A stretch of 41,525 nucleotides of DNA from positions 1 through 41,525 of IMG/VR virus record IMGVR_UViG_3300044267_000733; one strand, written 5' to 3'. The stretch comes from a virus (lineage: Duplodnaviria > Caudoviricetes). A model generated the notes under the pieces. The model saw only the letters and a program-made list of their open reading frames with translations, searched no databases and was not told where the DNA came from. Of the stretch, positions 1 to 9,072 are shown piece after piece. A program made the position numbers and the translations under genes. The first letter of the stretch is position 1. Each line of letters begins with the position of its first letter.

Positions 1-128
1 CCAAAAGACCTTTTTCTTTCAAAATCTTTCCAACTTTGATATAGGTTTTTGGATAGTGGGCGGCAATACCTCTAAGTTCATGACGAAATTCATGATGATG
101 CCAATAAATTTTTTCCATTTGGTTTAGT
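1..128. repeat. Terminal direct repeat (left copy), matches 41398-41525
   Basis: 1-126 is identical to 41398-41523, with one mismatch at 127/41524. Indicates a circular assembly. Confidence 0.97.
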
Positions 129-146
129 TTGTTTGATAACAATTTA

Positions 147-175
147 ATTATAATAAAATTAAAATGTAATGTCAA
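147..175 (-). promoter_or_regulatory. Consensus sigma70 promoter, cassette P1; drives the gene starting at 118 (=41515)
   Basis: Minus strand TTGACA (175-170), 17 nt spacer, TATAAT (152-147); leader AAACAAACTAAACCAAATG. Confidence 0.9.
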
Positions 176-204
176 CCCTATAATTCATGTTATACATTAA
201 AAGT

Positions 205-1437
205 ATGACTTCAATAAACGATTTACAAAACGATCCTAAAAATGCTCGTAAGCGTACAGACCGATCTGCAAAACTAATAAAACAAAGTCTTGAACAATAT
301 GGGGCAGCAAGATCAATAGTAATAGATGAAAATAACCGCATACTTGCAGGGAATGGAACAATCGCAGGGGCAAAAGCCGCAGGGATTAAAAACTTAAAAA
401 TAATAGAAGCTGATGGTGATGAAATAATTGCAGTAAAAAGATCAAACCTTACAGAAGATCAAAAAGTAGGTTTAGCAATAGCAGATAATAGAACTGGTGA
501 CTTGTCAGAATGGGATGTAGATATGCTTGAACAACTATCAAAAGAGCATGATTTAAACGAGTTTTTTGATAAAAAAGAGCTTGATGACATACTTTCTAAA
601 AAAGAAGTATTACCAACTGAAGGTTTAACAGACCCAGACGAAGTTCCTGAAACCCCAGAAGAACCAATAACAAAAGAAGGTGATTTATATATTCTTGGTA
701 ATCACAGGCTTTTATGTGGTGACTCAACAAACATTCTTCACGTTGAAAAATTAATGGATGGCAGTAAAGCTGATATGGTCTTTACTGATCCTCCTTACAA
801 TATTAATTTTTCTGGAACCATGAGCAACACTTCTAGAAATGGTAAACTTATTCCTCATCAAGGAATGAACTCAAAATATAATTCTATTCATAATGACAAA
901 AAATCTTCTACAGAATTTAAAGAGTTTATTTCTGAAATATTAAATATTATTAGTCTTAAATGTAAAGGAGCTTATTACATTACTTTTAACAGTGCAAATC
1001 TTCACGAGTTACTTAATCCCATTGCTCTTTCAATAGGTTATAAATCTATTATCATTTGGATGAAAAACCAATCACCTATGGGCGGTGGGGCATATCGTAG
1101 AAGATATGAACCAATTGTTTACGGAAATTTTTCAAAGAATTTCTATGGTGTTCCGTATTCTGAAGATGATATATGGCAATTTGATAGAACTAATAAAAAT
1201 GATTTACATCCAACAATGAAGCCTGTAGATTTAATCATCAACGCATTAAAGCATGGTTGTATTAATAATGAAATTGTACTTGACCTTTTTGGAGGTTCTG
1301 GTTCAACTCTCATCGCTGCTGAACGTCTTAAAAGACAAGCATTTTTAATGGAGTTAGACCCAAAATATTGTGATGTAATAGTTAAAAGATGGGAGGATTT
1401 TACAGGCAACACCGCAAAACGTGTATCATCTAGTTAA
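205..1437 (+). CDS. ParB-like N-terminal domain fused to an N6-adenine/N4-cytosine DNA methyltransferase (beta class)
   Basis: N-terminal PKNAR...ILAGNG...IADNR (ParB/Srx-like); DPPY catalytic motif, HPTMKP, and DLFGGSGST SAM-binding motif. Start could be 187 or 205. Confidence 0.92.
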   Translation: MTSINDLQNDPKNARKRTDRSAKLIKQSLEQYGAARSIVIDENNRILAGNGTIAGAKAAGIKNLKIIEADGDEIIAVKRSNLTEDQKVGLAIADNRTGDLSEWDVDMLEQLSKEHDLNEFFDKKELDDILSKKEVLPTEGLTDPDEVPETPEEPITKEGDLYILGNHRLLCGDSTNILHVEKLMDGSKADMVFTDPPYNINFSGTMSNTSRNGKLIPHQGMNSKYNSIHNDKKSSTEFKEFISEILNIISLKCKGAYYITFNSANLHELLNPIALSIGYKSIIIWMKNQSPMGGGAYRRRYEPIVYGNFSKNFYGVPYSEDDIWQFDRTNKNDLHPTMKPVDLIINALKHGCINNEIVLDLFGGSGSTLIAAERLKRQAFLMELDPKYCDVIVKRWEDFTGNTAKRVSSS

Positions 1438-1757
1438 TGGGTAAAAAAGGAACTCAAGCTGAAACAATAGTAAGGTCACAAAAGTTTGCTCGTATTATTG
1501 CAAATGGTGGCCGTAGATCAGATTGTGTTCGTTATGCTTCGGAAAACTGGGGGGTGGGAGAAAGAAGCGTAGATAAGTATTTAGAGATAGCTAGAGCCGA
1601 GTTAAAGAAGGATTGGGATATGGAGCGACCCCAAATGGTAGCTGATCTTTTGGCGCAATGTAGCACCTTACAGATGGAAGCTAGAAGGTCTGGTCAATAT
1701 CATATTGCTCTTGGTGCAATTAACACCGCAGCAAAATTAGCACATCTTTGTTCGTGA
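1437..1757 (+). CDS. terS: Terminase small subunit (putative)
   Basis: HTH-like segment WGVGERSVDKY; translationally coupled directly upstream of TerL. Confidence 0.7.
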   Translation: MGKKGTQAETIVRSQKFARIIANGGRRSDCVRYASENWGVGERSVDKYLEIARAELKKDWDMERPQMVADLLAQCSTLQMEARRSGQYHIALGAINTAAKLAHLCS

Positions 1758-3094
1758 GTTTTTTAACAGACGTCAATCAAGGTTTTGTTTTATATCCACA
1801 GAATTTTACAGATTCTATAAATACAAATTTGACTTTAAATAAAATAAAATCTGATTTACATTTAGGTCAATTAAATTTTGTAAATGATACGGAGACTGAA
1901 ATACTAGGATTATGCGCGGGCTATGGTTCAGGAAAAACGCGATCTTTATTGGCAAAGTGTTTTTCTCTTTCTGTTTTAAATCAAGGTTTTACGGGCATTG
2001 TATTAGAACCTACACAACCGCTTGTTCGTGATCTTTTTGTAACAGAATTTGAGGAATTTTTGTTGAATTACGAGATTCCTTACACATTTAGAAGTTCGCC
2101 GTTGCCTGATTTTGTTTTGCATTTACCAAAAGGAGACACGCGCATTATGTGTCGTTCTTTTGAATCTTGGCAAAGAATAATCGGTATTAACGCCGCTTTT
2201 ATATTGGCAGATGAAATTGATACAGTTGCAAAACCAATTTGTGATCGCGCCTTCCCAAAAATCCTTGGACGTCTTCGCGCAGGGAATGTTCGCCAGTTCG
2301 CGGCGGCGTCCACACCTGAAGGATACAAATGGTTTTGGCAAACTTTCGCAAGTGATGAAGTACAAGAAAAAAATGACAGAAAGTTAATAAGAATGAAAAC
2401 AACAGACAATCCACATTTGCCCGCAGATTTTATTGATAGAATGAGACAGAACTACGACCCCAATCTACTCAAGGCGTACCTTGAAGGGCAGTTCATATCT
2501 TTAACAACTGGCGCTGTCTTTGACCGCTTCGACAGAGAAAAACATATAACGACAGACATTCCAAACTATTCAGACGAAATTATTCGCTTGGGAATCGACT
2601 TTAATATTGGCAAGATGTCTTGCGTTTGCGCCGTGATTAGAGATAACAAACTTTATATTTTTGACGAGATACGCGCACATGACACCGACCAACTGGCAAA
2701 AGAAATTAAATCAAGGTTTGTTCACAACAGACTTTACGGCTATCCTGATTCGTCAGGCGGAGCAAGATCAACAAACGCTACGAAGACCGACATCCAAATT
2801 CTCGAAAGTTATGGAATATCCAATCAATCGGGGGCGTCTAATCCATCCATTAAAGATAGCGTTAATAATGTTCAGCGCCTTTTATGCAATGGTAAAGAAG
2901 AAGTTAGTCTTTTTGTTCATCCACGCTGTAAAAATGTCATTGAATCGCTTGAACTTCAGAGCTACACGGAAGCGGGCGAACCAGAAAAAACAGGATTAGA
3001 TCACTTTTCAGATTGTGTTCGATACCTTTGTTGGCGTTGCTTCAATCCCTTACATTTGGGGGCAGGGCGCAGAACAGGGATTAGAATATATTAA
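1754..3094 (+). CDS. terL: Terminase large subunit
   Basis: Walker A GYGSGKT, Walker B ILADE, motif III STPEG, nuclease motifs GIDFN and DHFSD. GTG start overlaps the upstream TGA. Confidence 0.95.
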   Translation: MSFLTDVNQGFVLYPQNFTDSINTNLTLNKIKSDLHLGQLNFVNDTETEILGLCAGYGSGKTRSLLAKCFSLSVLNQGFTGIVLEPTQPLVRDLFVTEFEEFLLNYEIPYTFRSSPLPDFVLHLPKGDTRIMCRSFESWQRIIGINAAFILADEIDTVAKPICDRAFPKILGRLRAGNVRQFAAASTPEGYKWFWQTFASDEVQEKNDRKLIRMKTTDNPHLPADFIDRMRQNYDPNLLKAYLEGQFISLTTGAVFDRFDREKHITTDIPNYSDEIIRLGIDFNIGKMSCVCAVIRDNKLYIFDEIRAHDTDQLAKEIKSRFVHNRLYGYPDSSGGARSTNATKTDIQILESYGISNQSGASNPSIKDSVNNVQRLLCNGKEEVSLFVHPRCKNVIESLELQSYTEAGEPEKTGLDHFSDCVRYLCWRCFNPLHLGAGRRTGIRIY

Positions 3095-3132
3095 AAAGTG
3101 TATTACTATTAAATTAAGCTAGGGATTAAACC

Positions 3133-4557
3133 GTGTATTCTTCTTTTAACCACTACGACAGGGAACGATCAAGCAAAGCTGTTGAGGTACAAGACCCTAG
3201 CAATGCTTATAAAAATATGGAGCCGAATTGGATATTGATTGAAGATTTGATTAGTGGAACCTATGGCATAAGAAAAAGACATAGAAAATACCTCCCCCAG
3301 ATGCCGCGTGAGCAAGATGAAAGCTACGACAACAGGCTCGCGACTTCAGTTCTTGCGCCTTTATACGTCAGAATCGAAAGATTGCTTGCGGGTATGCTTA
3401 CGCGCAAACCTGTTCGATTAAATGAGGTATCAGAACGAGTTACGGAAGATTTATTTGATGTTGACCTTCAAGGCAACGATCTCACAAGTTGGACATATGA
3501 GACAGCAAAAATAATGCTTCGCTATGGTCATGTTGGGGTTCTTGTGGATGCGCCAACAGAAGGAACTGGTCGACCTTATTGGATTACATATAGCCCGCGT
3601 GAAATCCTCGGATGGCGGACAGAACTTGTAGATGGTAAACAAAAGCTTACACAATTGAGACTTTTAGAACGAGTTACTGAAGATGATGGTGAATATGGGC
3701 AAAAAGAAGTTGAACAGGTGCGATTGCTAACAGCAGGAGGATTTGAGGTTCACAGAAAAACTAGGCAGGGAAAATATGTAAAAGTAGATGAAGGAACGAC
3801 ATCTTTGGACTACATTCCATTTGCTATTGCATATTCAAACAAAGTTTCGTTTTTAGAATCACGTCCGGCGATGCAAGATATTGCAGAATTAAATTTATTG
3901 CATTATCAAAAAAGTTCGGACTTTGATAATCAGCTTAGAATTTCTTCTGTTCCAATGCTTTGTCTTTTTGGATTTCCGCAGGCATCAGAGGAAGTAAGTG
4001 CGGGGCCATCTGAAGCGATGGCATTTCCTGAAGGTGGCAGGGCTGAATTTGTAGAGATCAAAGGCACATCATTCCAATACCAACGCGACAGAATAAAAAA
4101 TATCGAAGATCAAATAAATACTTTGGCACTTGCCGCAATCCTTGGACAAAAACTTGTTGCAGAAACAGCCGCTTCGCAAGAGATTCAAAGAAGCCAAGGC
4201 GATTCGACTTTGATGATTGTGGCGCAACAGTTACAGGATATGATCGACAACTGTTTAGTATTTCATGCAAATTATTTAAATATTGCAGAAATCGGTAACG
4301 CTTTTGTCAATCGTGATTTCTTGGGTCAAAGGTTAGCACCGCAAGAGATTCAGGCGATGCAAGGTTTATGGTCTTCTGGCGCTATATCTCAAGAAACACT
4401 ATTAAAACAATTAGCAGAAGGCGAAATCCTCGGCGATGATTTTGACGTTGAAGAAGAAATCGAATCAACACAAAAAGGAGACATGATCGAAACAGATGAA
4501 CCAACACCTGAAGCTGAAGAAGATGAACCAGTTGAAGACCTAGACGATGACGATTAA
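3133..4557 (+). CDS. Portal protein (DUF4055-like)
   Basis: Follows TerL; YLPQMPRE..YDNRL, DVDLQGN and YGHVGVLVD motifs; acidic tail. Confidence 0.88.
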   Translation: MYSSFNHYDRERSSKAVEVQDPSNAYKNMEPNWILIEDLISGTYGIRKRHRKYLPQMPREQDESYDNRLATSVLAPLYVRIERLLAGMLTRKPVRLNEVSERVTEDLFDVDLQGNDLTSWTYETAKIMLRYGHVGVLVDAPTEGTGRPYWITYSPREILGWRTELVDGKQKLTQLRLLERVTEDDGEYGQKEVEQVRLLTAGGFEVHRKTRQGKYVKVDEGTTSLDYIPFAIAYSNKVSFLESRPAMQDIAELNLLHYQKSSDFDNQLRISSVPMLCLFGFPQASEEVSAGPSEAMAFPEGGRAEFVEIKGTSFQYQRDRIKNIEDQINTLALAAILGQKLVAETAASQEIQRSQGDSTLMIVAQQLQDMIDNCLVFHANYLNIAEIGNAFVNRDFLGQRLAPQEIQAMQGLWSSGAISQETLLKQLAEGEILGDDFDVEEEIESTQKGDMIETDEPTPEAEEDEPVEDLDDDD

Positions 4558-6695
4558 TGACACAAACGCCGATTCGGGTTCCGTCTGATGTCTCCAAACT
4601 TGGGGCATCTATTCCATATCCTGATTTAATTCCCGAAGAATATTTTCGTAATAGTTTAGATTTAAATAGATTTTCAAATAAGATTTCGCGTGAAATCGTT
4701 GAATCTTACAATCGAATCATATTGCGGGCGGTTGATAAATTAGAAGCAATAGAACGTCTTCCAAAGGCCAATCAGCCTAAATATACAGCGGCACGTTTGC
4801 GGGCTTTGTTATTACAGACAAAAGCAAGCCTTAGAAAATGGGATGTGAAGTCAACACGGGATATGGAACTTGTTTCCGATGCTGTTGCAAAGTTGCAAGG
4901 AGAATTTGCAACTGTTCAAATGGAAAAGGCATTGCCCGCAGGCATCAGGTCATCAATCAGAACTGTTGAAGTTACGCCTGCATTTGCAAAAGCTGTTGTA
5001 ACTACTAGCGCATCTGAATTTAATTTAAATGTTTTATCTGATTCATTAAGTACTATCGCGGCGGGTTCTGGCGCAAAGTTTTCTTTGACAGCAAAAGAAG
5101 GTGCATTGATAAGGTTGCCCAATGGTCAATCAATAAAAAAATCTTTTCGTGGAATTACAGATCAAAGTGCAGAAAGACTTGGAAGATCAATTCGCGATGG
5201 ATTACTGGCAGGCGATACAACTGCACAAATGCGTAGACGTTTAATTGGCAAGTTAGGATTCAATACTTTAGCAAAGACAGCAAAACAGCAACAGTTGGCA
5301 ATGCGTGGCGCGTCAATGATGCTTGCAAACCCGCAGATTCAAACAATCGTCAGAACATCAATAAATCAAGTTAGCAATGTCGCGGCGCAACAAGTTTATA
5401 AGGCAAACCCAGATGCAACAAAAAAATATCGTTATCTTGCAACTTTGGACAGTCGAACCAGTTCTCGTTGTAGATCACTAGATCAACAGGTTTTTGAATA
5501 TGGAAAAGGGCCGGAGCCGCCACAGCATTTCAATTGCAGGTCAAGAACAGTTGCCGAAATAGATTATGAGAATTTGAGCCGTGTTTTTGGTCGAAAGATC
5601 GAAGCGCCCAGACGTAGAGGTTTCAGGCCATCAGAAAGCGGCCTAGTACCCGCAGGGCAATCATACGGAACTTGGCTTTCAGGTCAATCACAAACAATAA
5701 AGGCAAAAGCGCTTGGAGCAAAAAAAGTTCGATTTTTTGATAAATTGTCGAAAAAATATGGCGGCGATCAGGCGATCAGAAAATTTGTTGCTGTTGATGG
5801 TTCAGAAAAAACTTTGGCGCAGTTGCAGGCCGCGTATGGTAGAAATGCAGAAAAAATAAAAATTGTTCCTGATGTTGTCAGGGAAAGAAAAGGCGCGGAA
5901 CTTTCTTGGCAAAGATATTCAGATGGTTCGCTTGCAGAAAACGCGGAGCCGTCAAACCTTACAAGATGGACGCCAGAACGTCAGGAATTACATCGACAAA
6001 TTATTGAAGATGTTATTGCGGAGAATAACCCCAAGGCGCAAAAGAATCCGATCTTTTTTATGACAGGCGGCGGGTCGGCTTCTGGTAAATCAATCATGTT
6101 GAAAAAATCGCCTTTACCAAAAGGAACTGTTGTAATTGATGCTGATGAAATTAAAAAGCGCTTGCCTGAATTTAACGCGATGAAAGCCAAGGGCGGGAAG
6201 ATCGCAGAAAATGCCGCGAACTATGTACATGAGGAATCAAGTTGGATTTCAAAATTGATTCAAAGAGAATCAGCGCAAAGAAGGTATCACACAATGTTGG
6301 ATGGAACAGGCGATGGAAGCGTTGCCAGTTTGACCAAAAAAATTAAAACGATGACAGATCGCGGCATGACAGTTCGCGCCAAATACGCAACAGCCGAAAT
6401 TGCAACAGCACTTGAAAGAAACTATCAAAGATATATAAAAACAGGCCGAAGGGTGCTTCCAGAATATGTTCGCAATGTTCACAGAAAAGTATCTGAAATT
6501 GTTCCTGAAGCGATCAAGAACGGCATCTTTGATGACTTTGAACTTTACGATATGAACAAGGCAGGCGAAGCAATACTGGTTGCGACTTTCACAAAGAAAG
6601 ATGGATTAAAGATATTAGACAATAATCTTTATGGAAATTTCTTGGCAAAAGCGTTTCAGCCTGACAGCCTGTTTGAAAAATGGATGGATAAGTAA
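4557..6695 (+). CDS. MuF/SPP1 gp7-like minor head protein fused to a C-terminal zeta-toxin-like P-loop kinase
   Basis: MuF motifs RTSINQ, ATLDSRTSSRCRSLD and PPQHFNCRS; C-terminal GGSASGKS, IDADEIK, LDGTG, ALERN..R and GRRV. Confidence 0.9.
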   Translation: MTQTPIRVPSDVSKLGASIPYPDLIPEEYFRNSLDLNRFSNKISREIVESYNRIILRAVDKLEAIERLPKANQPKYTAARLRALLLQTKASLRKWDVKSTRDMELVSDAVAKLQGEFATVQMEKALPAGIRSSIRTVEVTPAFAKAVVTTSASEFNLNVLSDSLSTIAAGSGAKFSLTAKEGALIRLPNGQSIKKSFRGITDQSAERLGRSIRDGLLAGDTTAQMRRRLIGKLGFNTLAKTAKQQQLAMRGASMMLANPQIQTIVRTSINQVSNVAAQQVYKANPDATKKYRYLATLDSRTSSRCRSLDQQVFEYGKGPEPPQHFNCRSRTVAEIDYENLSRVFGRKIEAPRRRGFRPSESGLVPAGQSYGTWLSGQSQTIKAKALGAKKVRFFDKLSKKYGGDQAIRKFVAVDGSEKTLAQLQAAYGRNAEKIKIVPDVVRERKGAELSWQRYSDGSLAENAEPSNLTRWTPERQELHRQIIEDVIAENNPKAQKNPIFFMTGGGSASGKSIMLKKSPLPKGTVVIDADEIKKRLPEFNAMKAKGGKIAENAANYVHEESSWISKLIQRESAQRRYHTMLDGTGDGSVASLTKKIKTMTDRGMTVRAKYATAEIATALERNYQRYIKTGRRVLPEYVRNVHRKVSEIVPEAIKNGIFDDFELYDMNKAGEAILVATFTKKDGLKILDNNLYGNFLAKAFQPDSLFEKWMDK

Positions 6696-6720
6696 ATGCC
6701 CCCGAAGGCAAGAAAGGGGG

Positions 6721-6749
6721 TTGACAAATTTATTTAATTCTATTATAAT
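6721..6749 (+). promoter_or_regulatory. Consensus sigma70 promoter, cassette P2
   Basis: TTGACA 6721-6726, 17 nt, TATAAT 6744-6749; leader AAACAAATCAAACCAATG. Confidence 0.92.
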
Positions 6750-6775
6750 TAATTTGTACGAAACAAATCAAACCA

Positions 6776-6916
6776 ATGAACAATCCTTACACTCTCTACG
6801 AACAAGAAGCAATGACCGCTCTTTACAAAGCAATCAACTTTTGTGAAGAAAACGGTCTCCCAACTGGCGATCTTGAAAAGGCTTTAGCTGTTGCAGAAAG
6901 AAGGGAGGTTGCATGA
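6776..6916 (+). CDS. 46-aa hypothetical protein (MNNPYTLYEQEAM...ERREVA), not in the ORF track
   Basis: ATG at the end of the conserved cassette leader; ATGA overlap with the next gene. Confidence 0.8.
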   Translation: MNNPYTLYEQEAMTALYKAINFCEENGLPTGDLEKALAVAERREVA

Positions 6917-7275
6917 TGTTCAGACCTTACACAGTTCCCGCCGATCACAAAGACTTTCAGGTTGGCGATCAGGCGCACATCTGTTTATACACAGACATTG
7001 AGCCTTACACGGTTATCGAAAGAAAAGGTAAGCGTATCAAGTTACAGGAAGCAAAAGCAACTCTTGACCCTACTTGGAAACCAGATATTGCAATTGGCGG
7101 ATTCGTTGGTCATTGCAAAAACAACAGGGAGCAAAGATGGATTATTACAGAAAATCCTGACGGTGGAATCACAGAAGGTTATCTTGGCAACGACAACGAA
7201 TGGTATGAAAAGGGAAGCAACAGGCGACAAATCATCAGCCAAGGATGGGTCAAGTTCCACGATTATAATTTCTAG
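6913..7275 (+). CDS. Hypothetical phage early-type protein
   Basis: SD GGAGG upstream; ATGA coupling; VGD..H...YTD..PYTVI pattern recalled from other phage hypotheticals. Confidence 0.85.
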   Translation: MMFRPYTVPADHKDFQVGDQAHICLYTDIEPYTVIERKGKRIKLQEAKATLDPTWKPDIAIGGFVGHCKNNREQRWIITENPDGGITEGYLGNDNEWYEKGSNRRQIISQGWVKFHDYNF

Positions 7276-7279
7276 GGGG

Positions 7280-7308
7280 TTGACACCCTCTATTAATTAT
7301 ATTATAAT
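7280..7308 (+). promoter_or_regulatory. Consensus sigma70 promoter, cassette P3
   Basis: TTGACA 7280-7285, 17 nt, TATAAT 7303-7308; leader AAACCAATCAAACAAATG. Confidence 0.92.
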
Positions 7309-7334
7309 TAAATTGTTCTAAACCAATCAAACAA

Positions 7335-7775
7335 ATGACAACAGCAACAAAACAAACAGTTGAAACTCTTGCTCAAGAGTATTGCGAAAAAATCACAGAA
7401 GCCAACGAAGCATGGTTGAAAAATTTACGTCTTAATGAAGATGGCACATTTGACCCTTGGCATTTAGATGAAGACGGCAACTACAAAACAGACGATAATC
7501 CACAATACTTTACTTACATGATCGGCAGAAAGTATTTCAAGGTTGTTGCGATGGAATGGGTAGATGATGCTAAGTATGGCAGAATCAACGCCGCCCCCGC
7601 AGGCTATCAGCCAAAACACGTTCATGCTTTTGTTGATAAAACAACAGGCGATGTATTTCTTCCCGCGGGTTGGAACGCCCCTGCTAAAGGTGCAAGGTTC
7701 AATCTTTTTGAAAACAAAGAAGCATTGTTTGAAGGAGTTATGCGCAGGCCACACGGCGGTTATTTATACCGCTAA
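7335..7775 (+). CDS. Conserved phage hypothetical protein (GRKY.K...VHAFVD..TGDV..PA.W.APAK family)
   Basis: Motif recalled from many phage early proteins; has its own promoter and terminator. Confidence 0.88.
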   Translation: MTTATKQTVETLAQEYCEKITEANEAWLKNLRLNEDGTFDPWHLDEDGNYKTDDNPQYFTYMIGRKYFKVVAMEWVDDAKYGRINAAPAGYQPKHVHAFVDKTTGDVFLPAGWNAPAKGARFNLFENKEALFEGVMRRPHGGYLYR

Positions 7776-7781
7776 ACAAAC

Positions 7782-7804
7782 AGCCCCCGAAAGGGGCTTT
7801 TTTT
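7782..7804 (+). terminator. Rho-independent terminator
   Basis: AGCCCC-CGAAA-GGGGCT followed by a T run. Confidence 0.88.
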
Positions 7805-7994
7805 ATGGGAACTCAGGAGTAAAGTCGATGACAGTATTCTTGATTCCTTTTTCTTTTGCAATCTTTCTTGTTCTTTTTACAGAAGCAACAATCTCTTGTC
7901 TAAATTTCTTTTCTTCGCCTGTTTCGTTTTCTTTTACTATTTTCCCACCAACAACTTCATTCATTATTGTTTGCATCTTTTTAGCTGTTAACAA
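7803..7994 (-). CDS. 63-aa protein, antisense within the head module; candidate MuF-toxin immunity protein
   Basis: TTG start with GAGGT SD and an upstream TATACT; converges on the terminator. Function is inference. Confidence 0.65.
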   Translation of the reverse strand: MLTAKKMQTIMNEVVGGKIVKENETGEEKKFRQEIVASVKRTRKIAKEKGIKNTVIDFTPEFP

Positions 7995-8049
7995 TGCTTT
8001 TTACCTCATTCAAGGTTATTCTAGTATATATACAATCTTTTTTAAAGCT

Positions 8050-8106
8050 ATGCCCTATCACACAGGAACAAAAAAAAAGAAAAAAAAGAAAGGAGGTAAA
8101 AAATAA
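8050..8106 (+). CDS. 18-aa Lys-rich peptide MPYHTGTKKKKKKKGGKK
   Basis: TAATG-coupled to the next ORF; this peptide type is recalled from marine phage head modules. Confidence 0.6.
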   Translation: MPYHTGTKKKKKKKGGKK

Positions 8107-8195
8107 TGGCTAAAGGATTTTTTGAAAAACTTAACGACATGAAAGGCGCAAAGCCAAAGCCTAAGAAGTCAAAACCTAAATCAGACAAAGATTAA
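8106..8195 (+). CDS. 29-aa basic peptide MAKGFFEKLNDMKGAKPKPKKSKPKSDKD
   Basis: GGAGGT SD; TAATG coupling at both ends. Confidence 0.65.
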   Translation: MAKGFFEKLNDMKGAKPKPKKSKPKSDKD

Positions 8196-8309
8196 TGGCT
8201 CGCAGACGCAGATAAATCAAAAAGAAAAAGTTTTAAAGCAAGACACGCAAAAAATATTGCTAAAGGTAAAACTAGCGCGGCTTATTGGGCTGACAAAGTA
8301 AAATGGTGA
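8195..8309 (+). pseudogene. Internally deleted/frameshifted small basic phage protein (SFKARHAKNI...SAAYWA.KVKW family)
   Basis: ATG frame gives MARRRR*; the conserved C-terminus is in another frame (8208-8309) with no start codon. Confidence 0.7.
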
Positions 8310-8328
8310 GCTAGTATGGAGAAAATTT

Positions 8329-8341
8329 AACCCTGCGGGTT
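8329..8341 (+). promoter_or_regulatory. C-TGC-G hairpin at the scaffold start codon
   Basis: AACCC-TGC-GGGTT immediately before ATG 8343; the same core occurs twice before the MCP gene. Confidence 0.5.
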
Positions 8342-8342
8342 T

Positions 8343-9065
8343 ATGTCAGACGAACAACTTCAGGAGTCCGCGACTTCTGAATCACAAACAAACGCGAGAG
8401 AACAAGAACTTCTAAACAGGATCGAAGCGCTTGATCGAAAGAATAAAGAAATATTAGAAGAAAAAAGAAAATTTAGTAAAGTTGAAAAAACTATTCAATC
8501 TTTACCTGAAGGCGTTGACGTTCAGGCTTTGATTGATTTTAAGAATAAAGCGGAGCAACAAAAACTTGAAGAACAAGGAAACTACAAAGAAGCAATCCAA
8601 AAAAGCGAAGAACAGTTTCGAGAGCGAAGCGCCACCAAAGACAAAGAAATCGAAGAACTTAGAGCCAAAGTACGAGAGTTGGAACTTATTTCCCCCGCCA
8701 TACAAGCCTTGGCGGAAGTAACACACAACCCAAAACTTGTACATGATAACTTTTTAAAAGGTCGTATTGAACTGAAGGATGGAAAGCCTGTCGTTATTGA
8801 TGGTTATGAGCGTCACAATGTTACAGAATGGGCAAAAACTTCTTTATCAAAAGAACACGCTTATTTGTTAAAAAATCAGCCTGCGACAGGTTCAGGAGCG
8901 CCCGTTACTAGAACTGGCGGAACTCAAGTAAACACAGGCGAATTTGACGCTGAATTGATGCGTAGATTGGCAAACGGTGAACATACCGTTGAACATGAAA
9001 TATTTAAAAAATACGGCAGGGAAGGTTGGCAACGTGCAAAAGAGCTTGCAAAGAATTACAAATAA
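8343..9065 (+). CDS. Capsid scaffolding protein
   Basis: Coiled-coil E/K-rich N-terminus, GSGA linker; lies just before the MCP gene. Confidence 0.85.
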   Translation: MSDEQLQESATSESQTNAREQELLNRIEALDRKNKEILEEKRKFSKVEKTIQSLPEGVDVQALIDFKNKAEQQKLEEQGNYKEAIQKSEEQFRERSATKDKEIEELRAKVRELELISPAIQALAEVTHNPKLVHDNFLKGRIELKDGKPVVIDGYERHNVTEWAKTSLSKEHAYLLKNQPATGSGAPVTRTGGTQVNTGEFDAELMRRLANGEHTVEHEIFKKYGREGWQRAKELAKNYK

Positions 9066-9072
9066 CAGAATT

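Noticed and set aside
1-128. Terminal repeat as the physical virion direct terminal repeat
   Set aside because: It cuts through a gene and its length fits an assembler overlap, so it more likely reflects circular assembly. True termini cannot be read from this sequence.
7564-8106. 180-aa ORF from the track
   Set aside because: It runs across a terminator and antisense to 7803-7994; only the last 18 codons look like a real gene.
8193-8309. Stop-codon readthrough joining the 29-aa peptide to the in-frame SAAYWA segment
   Set aside because: The frames do match, but TAA is a strong stop and the overlapping ATG indicates a separate downstream gene. Deletion is simpler.
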